DNA of 64,000 bases from an uncultured Planctomycetia bacterium (GTDB taxonomy: Bacteria > Planctomycetota > Planctomycetia > CAXEIY01): positions 5,360 to 69,359 of the forward strand of contig CAXEIY010000221.1 of NCBI GenBank assembly GCA_963996245.1, in the 5' to 3' direction. Position numbers and translations under genes: made by a program. The notes under the pieces are model-generated. The model was given only the letters and a program-made list of their open reading frames with translations. It was not told where the DNA came from and did no database searches. This document shows positions 1 to 9,459 of the stretch, piece after piece. Position 1 is the first letter of the stretch. Each line of letters starts with the position of its first letter.

Positions 1-2772
1 AATGACGTTCGATGCATCTAATTGAACAAACCATCCCCTGTCATCCGCCCAAGGACGCCCCTGAGCCACGTGGGCTGTAACCGGATCATGGATCAAATCC
101 AAAGCATCATGAAGCGGATTCCGTGCATCCAATACGATTCCCAGACAGCCGGAAACCTGGGATTCCCCCTGACACACCAACAAGGTATCAAGCCTGTGAT
201 CACCATCCATTCGATGAAAGGGAAAATGATCACAAAGAACCGTCGTTCGTGACTGTTTAATTCCAATTTCAATGTAATGTGTACTTTCAAGTTCGGAGTT
301 CGTGGTCACATCCGCACCCCAATGCTTGCTGCAGACTAATGCCGATTCCTGGTCAGGCCAAGCAAACCGTGCAGCATAGTATTCCTCCCAGGGGCCAGAA
401 TCCGGCATTTCAATCGGGTCAACCGTAAACCGAACTTCCAGAACAGGGCGTCCACGCCAGGCTCGAAATCGCTGTTGGAACTTAGCCAGCAATTTGCCCG
501 TCTTTGGATCGCACAAACTGCCTCGCGTCACAATTTCTCCAAAAGCCGGTCCAGAACTAACTACTTCAGCAGAATCTGCAACCATCTTGCTGTAACGCAG
601 ATCTTCCTGCTCAAGAACTTCTGAAAACGTTTCTGGTCGTGAAGCACTCGTCTTACAAAAACACAGTTGCTGTCCAAGTCTATTAGAGGCTGAGTTATAG
701 TCCATTATGCCACGAAGGCCACCCGTTTTATCGTCAACATATGCCTCAAAGAGTTCGTTGCGAACCACGCCATCTTCAGCCAATAACTGCGTCTTGTCCC
801 GTCGTTTTTTCTTTTCCTGCGTAATCGTTTCCGGTGTTGATTCCTCCGTCAGACTTACAGGTAACCAGCAATACCCCATCGCGGGAACCTCCACTACCAC
901 ATACGTACTCCCCTGGTGGATCTGTGATGAGAGGACCGGATATTCTTTAGGAACAACCTGTGCTACTCCCGGCAACTGTAACGGGATCTTTCTGGAAAAA
1001 CTGAGCGAATTAATTATTAGACATCCCTCTGTGCCACTGTCTCGATCCAGAATACTTTCTGTTAATTGCTGCTTGGCGGACTGATGAGAGGATTCAATTT
1101 CCTCTTCCAATCGAGACCATTCTTCAGGCTCAGAAGGAAATGTCCTCGAATCACGCGGTGCTAACGATTCCAAACGTGATTCCAAGTCTAAGAAATTTGA
1201 TATTTTTTCGGAATCACTATTCAAATCAGCTGAAATAGTCATCCACCAGGATTCTTCCAGAATCAGACGGAGGCGCTCATGGCGCCGATATCGTGTAACA
1301 GGGTCGGGCTGATGAGCGGCCACATTTTGAACAAGATGTGAGCTTCGATAGGCAGAGGTTCTAAACTGCGTACGCTGACCGGGAGTGTCTGTAATACGAA
1401 AATATTCTCCTAAGCTGACAAATCGCCCAAACACGGGCGCATATCGGCTCGTTCTTTTCAGATCTTCGTACCAAGGTGCCTGTACTTTAGGCCAATGGGC
1501 AAATACCAGTGTCGCGACATGATCATGGTCCATAGTCTGTGCTAATCGCTCTGGGAAACTTAAATAAGTGCTGGCCGTTTCTGCTGACATCGGAATTTTT
1601 GTCAACGCATCAATTACCGTCCCATCACTCCCTTCCCAATGTATTTTCGCCTGTCTTGCATTTGGAAATTTCCCATCATCCATCGCACAATGGATAGCAC
1701 CTGTAAAACCCGCTTGTTTTAACATTTGCGGTAATTGTGCCATCAAGCCAAATCGACGCTGACAATAAACCTCCGGACTACGGCCGAGATGTTTTTGATA
1801 GGCCTGTCGACCACGGTTAAATTGCCAGATCACCGATTCCAACGGCAACAGCGTCATATCCGTTTCCTGCCAGGGGCCACCACATAATTCCAATGATCCC
1901 TTTTCAACCAATCCTCGAATCAATTCAGATATCGCTTTATGCTCACATCCAATCTGATCCACCAGTTCACCGGTAATCAACAGATTGACAGGAACGTTGT
2001 CTGGATTCACGGGCGCAGATGGAATGCCCTTATCGTTAAGAGCGGCGTCTTTTTCTCCCTTCAGAGACGGTTGCGTTGACACACTCGATGAGACTTGAAG
2101 TGCATCCTGCAGCTCGTCAATTTTCTTCTCATCGGTAAGCCATAAATCAATCAAATAGGAATCCACGGGATAAAAACGTTCGCGTGCTTCGGTCAAAACT
2201 TCAAAACAGTTTTTCAGATGCTTGGTCGCCTTCGCTTCATCTCCAGCCACGGCCGACTCTGCAGCCAGCAACGTTTCATGTTGGAAATGCGCCTCATCAA
2301 GATTACTGAAATGACGCATGTGGCGAGCGAGCAGTTGAAGTTGTAGATAACAGAATGCCAGCGCATAAAAGTCGCCGGAAAGCCGGTCGGCTACATCCAC
2401 ATTGATCTCGTCGTCTTGTGATTCTGTTTTCAGGGAATCAAGACCTGCTAACGCCATCTCCAACATGGGCGCGCGTTGGCTCTCTCCATGTATCAGTATC
2501 ATTTCTGATGATTTGGCTCGGGCAATCCATCCAGCGGGCAAAAGGTATTCACAGGTTTGAGGAACGACAATCAAACGACCCGGAGCCACATCAGGAATTT
2601 CGTCGGCGCGCTGCCAGTTAGGAAACGTACCCGATGCAACCAGTAAACGCGGATCCCAGAGAATCTGAAACCCATTGAGCAGACCGGCAGCTTCCTCTTC
2701 AGGAAGATCACTGGGAAAGTCCTCAAGACTATGACTAGGAATCAAGATGACAAGTTCTTCGAGCGCATTCAC
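1..2772 (-). CDS. Large hypothetical protein, at least 924 aa, with its C-terminus beyond the window start (3' partial). The fold and function are unassigned.
   Basis: I translated the minus strand by hand (codon first positions congruent to 0 mod 3). It stays open from a GTG at 2772-2770 (VNALEELVILIPSHSLEDF...) through position 1 (...GRPWADDRGWFVQLDASNVI). Spot checks at 1-360, 1441-1500, 1861-1980 and 2700-2772 are all open and protein-like. The gene is absent from the supplied ORF track because it has a non-ATG start and no stop inside the window. A TAA sits immediately upstream of the GTG. Confidence 0.55.
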   Translation of the reverse strand, partial: MNALEELVILIPSHSLEDFPSDLPEEEAAGLLNGFQILWDPRLLVASGTFPNWQRADEIPDVAPGRLIVVPQTCEYLLPAGWIARAKSSEMILIHGESQRAPMLEMALAGLDSLKTESQDDEINVDVADRLSGDFYALAFCYLQLQLLARHMRHFSNLDEAHFQHETLLAAESAVAGDEAKATKHLKNCFEVLTEARERFYPVDSYLIDLWLTDEKKIDELQDALQVSSSVSTQPSLKGEKDAALNDKGIPSAPVNPDNVPVNLLITGELVDQIGCEHKAISELIRGLVEKGSLELCGGPWQETDMTLLPLESVIWQFNRGRQAYQKHLGRSPEVYCQRRFGLMAQLPQMLKQAGFTGAIHCAMDDGKFPNARQAKIHWEGSDGTVIDALTKIPMSAETASTYLSFPERLAQTMDHDHVATLVFAHWPKVQAPWYEDLKRTSRYAPVFGRFVSLGEYFRITDTPGQRTQFRTSAYRSSHLVQNVAAHQPDPVTRYRRHERLRLILEESWWMTISADLNSDSEKISNFLDLESRLESLAPRDSRTFPSEPEEWSRLEEEIESSHQSAKQQLTESILDRDSGTEGCLIINSLSFSRKIPLQLPGVAQVVPKEYPVLSSQIHQGSTYVVVEVPAMGYCWLPVSLTEESTPETITQEKKKRRDKTQLLAEDGVVRNELFEAYVDDKTGGLRGIMDYNSASNRLGQQLCFCKTSASRPETFSEVLEQEDLRYSKMVADSAEVVSSGPAFGEIVTRGSLCDPKTGKLLAKFQQRFRAWRGRPVLEVRFTVDPIEMPDSGPWEEYYAARFAWPDQESALVCSKHWGADVTTNSELESTHYIEIGIKQSRTTVLCDHFPFHRMDGDHRLDTLLVCQGESQVSGCLGIVLDARNPLHDALDLIHDPVTAHVAQGRPWADDRGWFVQLDASNVI

Positions 2773-3136
2773 AACTTAATTCACAGAACACAATTGGTAA
2801 AAGTTCGAGCTTAATAGCCTTGTCGACTTCATTTCGACGGCAAGCCGGCATCAACACCGACGGCCATGGGATGAATTCTAGAACATTCAATCCCGTTCGT
2901 CGATGCAGCTTCAGATGGTGAATGAAGTTGGGGCAAAACCTAAGCACCGGCTACCCCAGAAAAGGACTGATCCTTCCTCGCAATAACGTTCGTGATGAGG
3001 GGGAGATAAGGATCGCCTGCGTACAGGCATACATACCCCACTTGAAAGTGTACACTAGTAAAGCTACTTGAACACGTGAAGTGGCAAACCGTATACGGTC
3101 CCTATTGTTCAACGGATCAGATGGAGGAAATGAAGC

Positions 3137-6100
3137 ATGCCGAGTCACCCATCCTACCGGCTTCCCTGCCCATGTGGCGGCTACGTTTCCGTCTCTGTAT
3201 CACAGGCAGGCTCTGAGGAACACTGTTCCCAATGCGGACAGTTGCTCCGAGTCCCTCCCCTGGCACAGGTCAAACAGCTGGAAGTGGAAACTCCGGTAAC
3301 TCCAATTACGCAGACCGCGTCGTCCAACCGATGGATCCTGCTTCTCATTCCAATTGTGTTCGTTCTGATCATCACCATTGTATGGATCAGTAGCCAGTCT
3401 GGCGGAAAAACAGAACGGGTTTCCAAGCGACCAGATTCGTCAACTATCCCCACAACTCCTCTCCCAAAGCAGAACGGCAGTCAGAACTCAACAAACGTCG
3501 ATCCTGATCTTCCGTCGGAAAGTGACTCTGGAAGTGAAATCCCAGCAGATACCCGTCCCAAGGTCACACTTGATGTGCTCGACTACATCGGCCAATTGAA
3601 CCTGAGAAACTATACACACAGTGAAGATTCCATCGGTTCTGCACTTATTAAACTCGCATCTCTCAGACAGGAACCTGACCCGCAGTCCATCAAGCGGTTG
3701 CAACAGGAATTTCAAATCCAGTCCATCGATGAAACCCTGTCACTACCCGATCGCAAACTAGGAGAGCTCCGTCGACACCATATCCTGGCAGAGCACCTCC
3801 GAGAATCCGCACAAGAAAGTGTTTTGCTTTCTGTTGCTGTGGAGCAAGCGAAAGTGGATCTTGCACACCTCGGAGAACTGGGTGCGATTCTCAAATCTAC
3901 GAGCCGCATTCGCGAATATGGGACCTCCCAGTTCCAACAACGCGTCCAGCAACAATACACACAACTCCCGGATCAAACAGATGACACTTCCTTAACCAAA
4001 CGTAAAGAACAGCTTCAATCTCTCCTTGAACTTCCACCTGATGAACTGATCGTACAGTATTCTCGAACCACCTTTGCAACAGCCTGGGTCGACCGGGAAG
4101 AAAAACTAATCCAGGTGACTCATCAAGATCTTCAGGATCGTCTGAACATTAGTGCAGAAATGGGAATAACGCTACTTGAAAAATCCACTGAAGACTTTCG
4201 CAAATGGGTACAGTTGCAACGTCCCTCATTAATACGAAAAGAATTTGAAGAACTGATTTCGATGCATGGACAACTCATGCAAAATACACTGGGAACCGAG
4301 CAACAAGAGCGTTTAAGAACCCTCTATCAACAATGGCAGATTGAACCGACAGAAGCTCCCGAGCTGTTGAAAAACGACGATCCGGCCCTTTTGCAAAAAA
4401 TGAATCAAAGAAGACTTCAGGACATCAGACAAACTCTCATCGACTGGATCTCCTTCCAGACATCAAACCGGGGTGAACAACTGGGACAAAACGCCCCTCC
4501 ACTCGAGGATCTGGCCCTCGCCTACCAATTACAACCAAGCATGGGAGCAATTCGAGATTTTCTGGAATCCGATCCGACCCTGCAACTCGAACATGTGCGC
4601 AACGTAAACGCCAACAACTGGAAACAGGCTATCCATCGCATCGTTGATACCCAAAAGCTACTCGATGCGCCGCTTGAACTTCGCCGGACCGCTACCCTTC
4701 GGGCAGCGGAACTATTTCGATCTTTTCTGACCGAAACCCTTCTGAATGTTCAGTCGCTACCCCCAGTGGAACAGATTCCCGAAAACATCCTCAACGAACT
4801 TGAAAAAGAAACGGAATCGCTTCGCTCTTTCCTCGAACTGGACAATAAACAATTAATGGAACTCTGCGATCAAGGAGTGCGCCATCGCCTACTTCCAGGT
4901 ACAATCGTGGACCTCGTCACCGAACAGCAAAATCTGAACACACTCTACGACATTTCTGCCACCGAACTTGAAAAGATACTTCAGCCTGAGAATCTTTCCG
5001 ATCTGGAACGATTCGCGATGCGATCAGCTGCCCGACGCATGCGAAATGAACTGACCCTTTTAGCGAGTCCTTCACAGCCCGGTGCTCGAAACGCTGTGCT
5101 CCGTGAACAATTGTTCCAAAAATATCAGATGCCCAATTCAGAACTTAGTCGTGTCGTACAATTCCCAGACACGCTCCTCTGGAAATGGAATGTGGAACGA
5201 CTAAGTCGCCTTATCTCCATGCCCGACACGGTCGTGCTGGAGCAACTAAGAGAGGCACTCCCATCTGAAATTCAGGATCCCTCCATTTCCATCGCTGACT
5301 TCGACACGCTCGGTCAAGAGCAACGACATCTCATCGCACAGGAATTTGATCTCCTGGAACGGGAAATCGAATTATCGATTGACCAGGATGATCTAGCACG
5401 CCCCCTTCCCCAGACGAACTCAACCGCTCATCAACTGCTACGTGCCCAATTACAGAACCACCTGCAACCCATGAGCGAATACCTTCCCCTCATGATCTCT
5501 GATGAAACCATGCGATCAGAAATCTCACAAATGCGTGATTTCACTGATGTTTTTGCCCCTGACCAACCAGCCCCCGCTTGGATGGGACTCTTGCATTCAG
5601 GGTTACTTCAGGCTCTATATCAACTCCATACGGACGACTCGGAAGGTGAGTTAGTGATTTTTTTACCTGTAACAGAAGATCTCATAGACAAACCGAATGC
5701 TGCTTCTTTAGCTTACGAACAATGGTACGGCATTATTCGTCTCATGACTGGTCATATTTTCGAGCCAGAATCCAGCTTTCGGTTGCGGGTATTTGCTTAC
5801 TTCAACGAATACCCCACCTGTAAATTGTGGCTGAATCCCGATCCTATGGTTTCTTCTCCTTCCTCGATGCACCCTCCTGAAAAGAAACAGAGTATCGATC
5901 TTACGCTTTGGTACGAGCAATTGATGCAATCCCAACTGGATGGCATAGAGATCGTTGATGTCGATGGCGAACGACAGTTGTGGTTAAGTGGACAACCTTT
6001 GGATGACGCCGGCTCAGAGTCTCTCACTATTCTCGGACGCCCACTGGACCTACAGGATTTTGCCGTTGCCTACCGTGCCGTGGTTTACGGAGGTGACAAC

Positions 6101-7426
6101 CAGCCGTTTCAAAGCCTTGATGCTTCCAGCCATCCGGCTTTAGCAAATGCCAGCTTCGGCGGTTATCTGGAAAACACGGCCTTGGGACAAGTTCTATTAA
6201 ATGCTGACTTAACGTTTAAATTTCTCGCCAGTGGACTCGATCCCTTTCAGTCGGTCCTGATGGACCGGAGAGACGATTTCGCCATGATTCTTGACCGCCA
6301 TGGTCTCCCAGCATTCGAACCTGTATACGATCAGTTTGCGCGCGTTGAACCTGGTAATGAGCCACTTCAGGAAACACGCTTCTGGCTAAGTTTGCGTAGT
6401 GCCCAAGGAACACAGGGAAACTTTTTTGACTGGCGGGCAGATGCTACCGGAGCCCAGGTCTTAAATCCCTTTTTTGTGGCCGAAGCACGAAAACGTTCAA
6501 CTGATGGCCGTGAGCTTCCAGCTAGCGAACTGCCCGTTTGGACGCAATCGTCCATAGAACACTTTAACCAGAACAGACAAGCCTATGAATCTCTGTATCC
6601 CGTACTCAAAGAAGTTCGGTCCGTCGGAATTCTCCTAGCACTCAGTAAATGGATTAAGGATTTTAACATCCAGGAATCTTTTGATCTCGACGTACTGCTT
6701 GACGTGCCAATTGACCCTATAACCACACCCCGACAAAGACTGCGCGGCATGTATGCCAGTGTGATAAATGAAACAGGAGAAGTACAGTCCTACGACTGCA
6801 CTCACCTAGTCGGACAACTTGAGGACACCCCACTGGAGCAACTTCCTCCGGCACTTTTCGAAACCTGGGCATATGTCGCATCGGCATCTTTTGCATTGAT
6901 GAACACATGGGAAGATCTGAACCCTCAAATCAGCTCGGTCTACCGTAATATCCACACGCTAGTAATACAATCTATGAAGCAACTCGACCAACAATCAGAA
7001 GAGCAATTGAAGGCAGAATTGACAGACCTTCGCACCCAATTGTTTAACGTTCCCCAGCGTCAGTGGACCGTAGGATGTGCATGGATTTCCACGGGAGGTA
7101 TTGACTTGACTCTCCCTCCTGCCAGACGGTTTGAAGTGAAAAGAAAAGGATCTCGATCGCGACTCCGTCGTACACGCAGAAACCCTCAACGACGTCCCAC
7201 ACTCAAATCACTTCTTGATCGGTCTCGAAACACCCTCAAAACTTCATCTGACCGCGGAAATGTAAAGAATCCAAAAAACAACACACCACAGAAACGATCT
7301 CGAAAGATCAACGAATCCAAACCTCTGCCCAATGTCAACAACAGAAATTCTGAACGATCACCACGCCTGCAACGTAAAGGAAATCGTCTACGACTCAGAA
7401 GACAGCGACGGGCATCTCCCACCTAG
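3137..7426 (+). CDS. Giant hypothetical protein of 1429 aa. It has an N-terminal 4-Cys zinc ribbon (CPCGG...CSQCG), a single TM helix (WILLLIPIVFVLIITIVWI), a Ser/Thr/Pro linker, roughly 1200 aa of Leu/Gln/Glu-rich predicted alpha-helix, and a C-terminal polybasic tail (Arg/Lys-rich over about 100 aa).
   Basis: This is a long uninterrupted ORF. A GGAGG sits 11 nt upstream of the ATG (3121-3125). The compositional features are visible directly in the translation. I recognise no family motif. Confidence 0.7.
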   Translation: MPSHPSYRLPCPCGGYVSVSVSQAGSEEHCSQCGQLLRVPPLAQVKQLEVETPVTPITQTASSNRWILLLIPIVFVLIITIVWISSQSGGKTERVSKRPDSSTIPTTPLPKQNGSQNSTNVDPDLPSESDSGSEIPADTRPKVTLDVLDYIGQLNLRNYTHSEDSIGSALIKLASLRQEPDPQSIKRLQQEFQIQSIDETLSLPDRKLGELRRHHILAEHLRESAQESVLLSVAVEQAKVDLAHLGELGAILKSTSRIREYGTSQFQQRVQQQYTQLPDQTDDTSLTKRKEQLQSLLELPPDELIVQYSRTTFATAWVDREEKLIQVTHQDLQDRLNISAEMGITLLEKSTEDFRKWVQLQRPSLIRKEFEELISMHGQLMQNTLGTEQQERLRTLYQQWQIEPTEAPELLKNDDPALLQKMNQRRLQDIRQTLIDWISFQTSNRGEQLGQNAPPLEDLALAYQLQPSMGAIRDFLESDPTLQLEHVRNVNANNWKQAIHRIVDTQKLLDAPLELRRTATLRAAELFRSFLTETLLNVQSLPPVEQIPENILNELEKETESLRSFLELDNKQLMELCDQGVRHRLLPGTIVDLVTEQQNLNTLYDISATELEKILQPENLSDLERFAMRSAARRMRNELTLLASPSQPGARNAVLREQLFQKYQMPNSELSRVVQFPDTLLWKWNVERLSRLISMPDTVVLEQLREALPSEIQDPSISIADFDTLGQEQRHLIAQEFDLLEREIELSIDQDDLARPLPQTNSTAHQLLRAQLQNHLQPMSEYLPLMISDETMRSEISQMRDFTDVFAPDQPAPAWMGLLHSGLLQALYQLHTDDSEGELVIFLPVTEDLIDKPNAASLAYEQWYGIIRLMTGHIFEPESSFRLRVFAYFNEYPTCKLWLNPDPMVSSPSSMHPPEKKQSIDLTLWYEQLMQSQLDGIEIVDVDGERQLWLSGQPLDDAGSESLTILGRPLDLQDFAVAYRAVVYGGDNQPFQSLDASSHPALANASFGGYLENTALGQVLLNADLTFKFLASGLDPFQSVLMDRRDDFAMILDRHGLPAFEPVYDQFARVEPGNEPLQETRFWLSLRSAQGTQGNFFDWRADATGAQVLNPFFVAEARKRSTDGRELPASELPVWTQSSIEHFNQNRQAYESLYPVLKEVRSVGILLALSKWIKDFNIQESFDLDVLLDVPIDPITTPRQRLRGMYASVINETGEVQSYDCTHLVGQLEDTPLEQLPPALFETWAYVASASFALMNTWEDLNPQISSVYRNIHTLVIQSMKQLDQQSEEQLKAELTDLRTQLFNVPQRQWTVGCAWISTGGIDLTLPPARRFEVKRKGSRSRLRRTRRNPQRRPTLKSLLDRSRNTLKTSSDRGNVKNPKNNTPQKRSRKINESKPLPNVNNRNSERSPRLQRKGNRLRLRRQRRASPT

Positions 7427-7429
7427 TCC

Positions 7430-8365
7430 TTATGCAGGTTCCCCGGAGTTTCTGATCATCTTCTTTTGTGCGATGTTCGCAAGAGAAACCCACTGTGCCA
7501 CACTCAGTTCCTCAGCACGTACCATCGAACTGATATCCTGACTGCCCAGAAAGGATACTGCCTCGCTTTTGGAAAAAAACCGCTTGTACTCAAACGTCAA
7601 GGTGTTACAGAGCGTTTTCCGACGATGCAGAAACATATTCCGCACAAACGTATGAAAGAAGCCCAGATCATCAATTTGGTTACGTAAATCGGAGTCGGGA
7701 ACAATATGCAGAATAGAGGAAAACACCGCTGGCCGGGGCCAAAAAGCGCTGGGCGGTAACTGACGCACCACTTGAATACGTGTCAACGCTTGCATCCAGA
7801 CAGAAAGCGCACCATAACTTTTTGATGAAGGGCGAGCTATCAAACGGTTGGCCATTTCCTGTTGAATGGTTACGGTCATGGACTCCAGTGGAAAAGGCAC
7901 GCTAACGAGATTTGAAATCACTGGCGTAGCTACCTGATAGGGCAGATTAGCCACCAGCTTTAAACTCTGATGAGGAGTACCGGGCCGGAACAACATCGCG
8001 AGGCAATCCATCACTTTCGGATGTAAACAATTTTTGTTTTTCAGCACATCCGTATGAACCAGCTCCACATTGTCCAGATCACGCAGCGTTGCACGCGCCA
8101 GAGGAAGGAAACGGGCATCCAGTTCAATGGCCAACACTTGGCCGACAATACGAGCTAACTCGCAGGTTAATCCACCGGTTCCAGCACCAACTTCTAATAC
8201 CACGTCGTTTGAAGTCAGTTTAGCGGAGTCGATAAGTATCCGCTGCAAATTGAAATCAATGAGAAAATTTTGCCCGAGGCGTGCGTTGGGAGCTATCCGA
8301 TGCTCTGATAATGAACGCTTAATCTTACCCTGCGTTTGCTGACGTTGAGAAAATTGAGACCCCAT
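7430..8365 (-). CDS. rsmA: 16S rRNA (adenine1518/1519-N6)-dimethyltransferase RsmA/KsgA
   Basis: LGQNFLIDFNLQRILIDSAKL plus VLEVGAGTGGLT (the SAM-binding motif I) are hallmark KsgA/Erm-family motifs. The length of 311 aa fits the family, allowing for a short N-terminal extension. Confidence 0.9.
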   Translation of the reverse strand: MGSQFSQRQQTQGKIKRSLSEHRIAPNARLGQNFLIDFNLQRILIDSAKLTSNDVVLEVGAGTGGLTCELARIVGQVLAIELDARFLPLARATLRDLDNVELVHTDVLKNKNCLHPKVMDCLAMLFRPGTPHQSLKLVANLPYQVATPVISNLVSVPFPLESMTVTIQQEMANRLIARPSSKSYGALSVWMQALTRIQVVRQLPPSAFWPRPAVFSSILHIVPDSDLRNQIDDLGFFHTFVRNMFLHRRKTLCNTLTFEYKRFFSKSEAVSFLGSQDISSMVRAEELSVAQWVSLANIAQKKMIRNSGEPA

Positions 8366-8445
8366 ATATGCAGCCGAAAAAACATCGCTCCTTAAGTTGG
8401 CTATTACAACAATTCCTCGACAACGATACGATTTAATGAACCATC

Positions 8446-9048
8446 TTAGGGTAATATCTGTAATCCTTCCAGATAGCGACGAACGTACTTTCCAAGGATA
8501 TCCAGTTCGATATTCACCTCCTGTCCCAAACTGCGAATCCCCAGATTAGTCACCTGCAGCGTATGAGGAATCAAAGCGACACTGAAGGCGCCTTCCTCAA
8601 TATCCACAATCGTCAAACTTACCCCATCCACAGTAATGGATCCTTTTTCCACCATTTGTCTGGAGAGCTCTATCGGGACTTCAATCCATAATGTCTCCCA
8701 TTGCTCCTGTTTTTCCTGACTCAATATGCGTCCCACACCATCTACGTGCCCCTGCACAAAATGACCACCCAACGGTGCTCCAGCCTTGACCGCACACTCC
8801 AGATTCACCTGATCGCTGGTACATAACCAAGTAAGATTCGTCTTTTCCAGGGTCTCTTCACCCGCCTGAAAAGAGACATTTTCCGCATTTTTTTCAATAA
8901 CAGTCAGACAACACCCGTTAAGAGCAACACTGTCACCGATTGCAACAGAACGGACCAGTGATTGCTCTCTTATTGTCAACCGCTTTGCCGAACCTTCTTC
9001 CACTACCGAAACAACCGTTCCCATTACCTCAACAATTCCAGTAAACAT
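8446..9048 (-). CDS. ribE: Riboflavin synthase alpha subunit
   Basis: The N-terminal MFTGIVEVMGTV and the two-lumazine-binding-repeat architecture (a second repeat around GHFVQGHVDGVG) at 200 aa are typical of RibE/RibC. Confidence 0.88.
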   Translation of the reverse strand: MFTGIVEVMGTVVSVVEEGSAKRLTIREQSLVRSVAIGDSVALNGCCLTVIEKNAENVSFQAGEETLEKTNLTWLCTSDQVNLECAVKAGAPLGGHFVQGHVDGVGRILSQEKQEQWETLWIEVPIELSRQMVEKGSITVDGVSLTIVDIEEGAFSVALIPHTLQVTNLGIRSLGQEVNIELDILGKYVRRYLEGLQILP

Positions 9049-9459
9049 CGTATCTAACCCGTTTGGGATTTTAAAAACGCATATGGCCTATCTCTTTAAC
9101 GATGGCAGCTCGTTGGTCACCAAAATACGATTGGAACTTCAGCTGTTGAGCAAAGCGCCGTACGAAGAGGCTCTGGCAGACACTGAGGTAACCTCGAAAT
9201 ATGCACAAACGACAAAACGTCCTAATAGCCTTGACTTGCAGTCTTGAGTAACGCCTGTTGCTTCCCATGCAGGCAGGTATTCACGTACGTTTGATATACT
9301 CTATTTCCAAATCTGATAACGTGATAGCTCGTTACCCGACAATCCTTTCCACTATATTGGCATCCACCGAACGTACCCTCAGGACTGGCTCAAGTGCCTT
9401 TTTCTGTGACAGAGATACCCGGATCCAGTAAGTAACCTCACTGCGTCAGGAAAACCGGC

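Noticed and set aside
1-2772. Assignment of the 5' partial gene to GH38 alpha-mannosidase
   Set aside because: The initial impression came from its size and the Trp/His/Asp-rich N-terminal region. I could not find the HxHxDxGW-type N-terminal signature, so I left it as hypothetical.
3137-3400. Interpreting the giant protein as a membrane anti-sigma factor (zinc-finger plus TM)
   Set aside because: The architecture is reminiscent, but there is no adjacent ECF sigma gene. The spacing of the Cys ligands is ribbon-like (CxC...CxxC) rather than the HxxxCxxC ZAS motif. I kept it only as a remark.
7186-7426. Whether the polybasic tail of the giant protein is a frame artefact running into the convergent rsmA gene
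   Set aside because: The frame is continuous with the upstream helical domain, with no stop for 4.3 kb. The only competing ORF (78 aa, antisense) is Arg-rich for the same compositional reason. I kept the tail as real but flagged it for verification.
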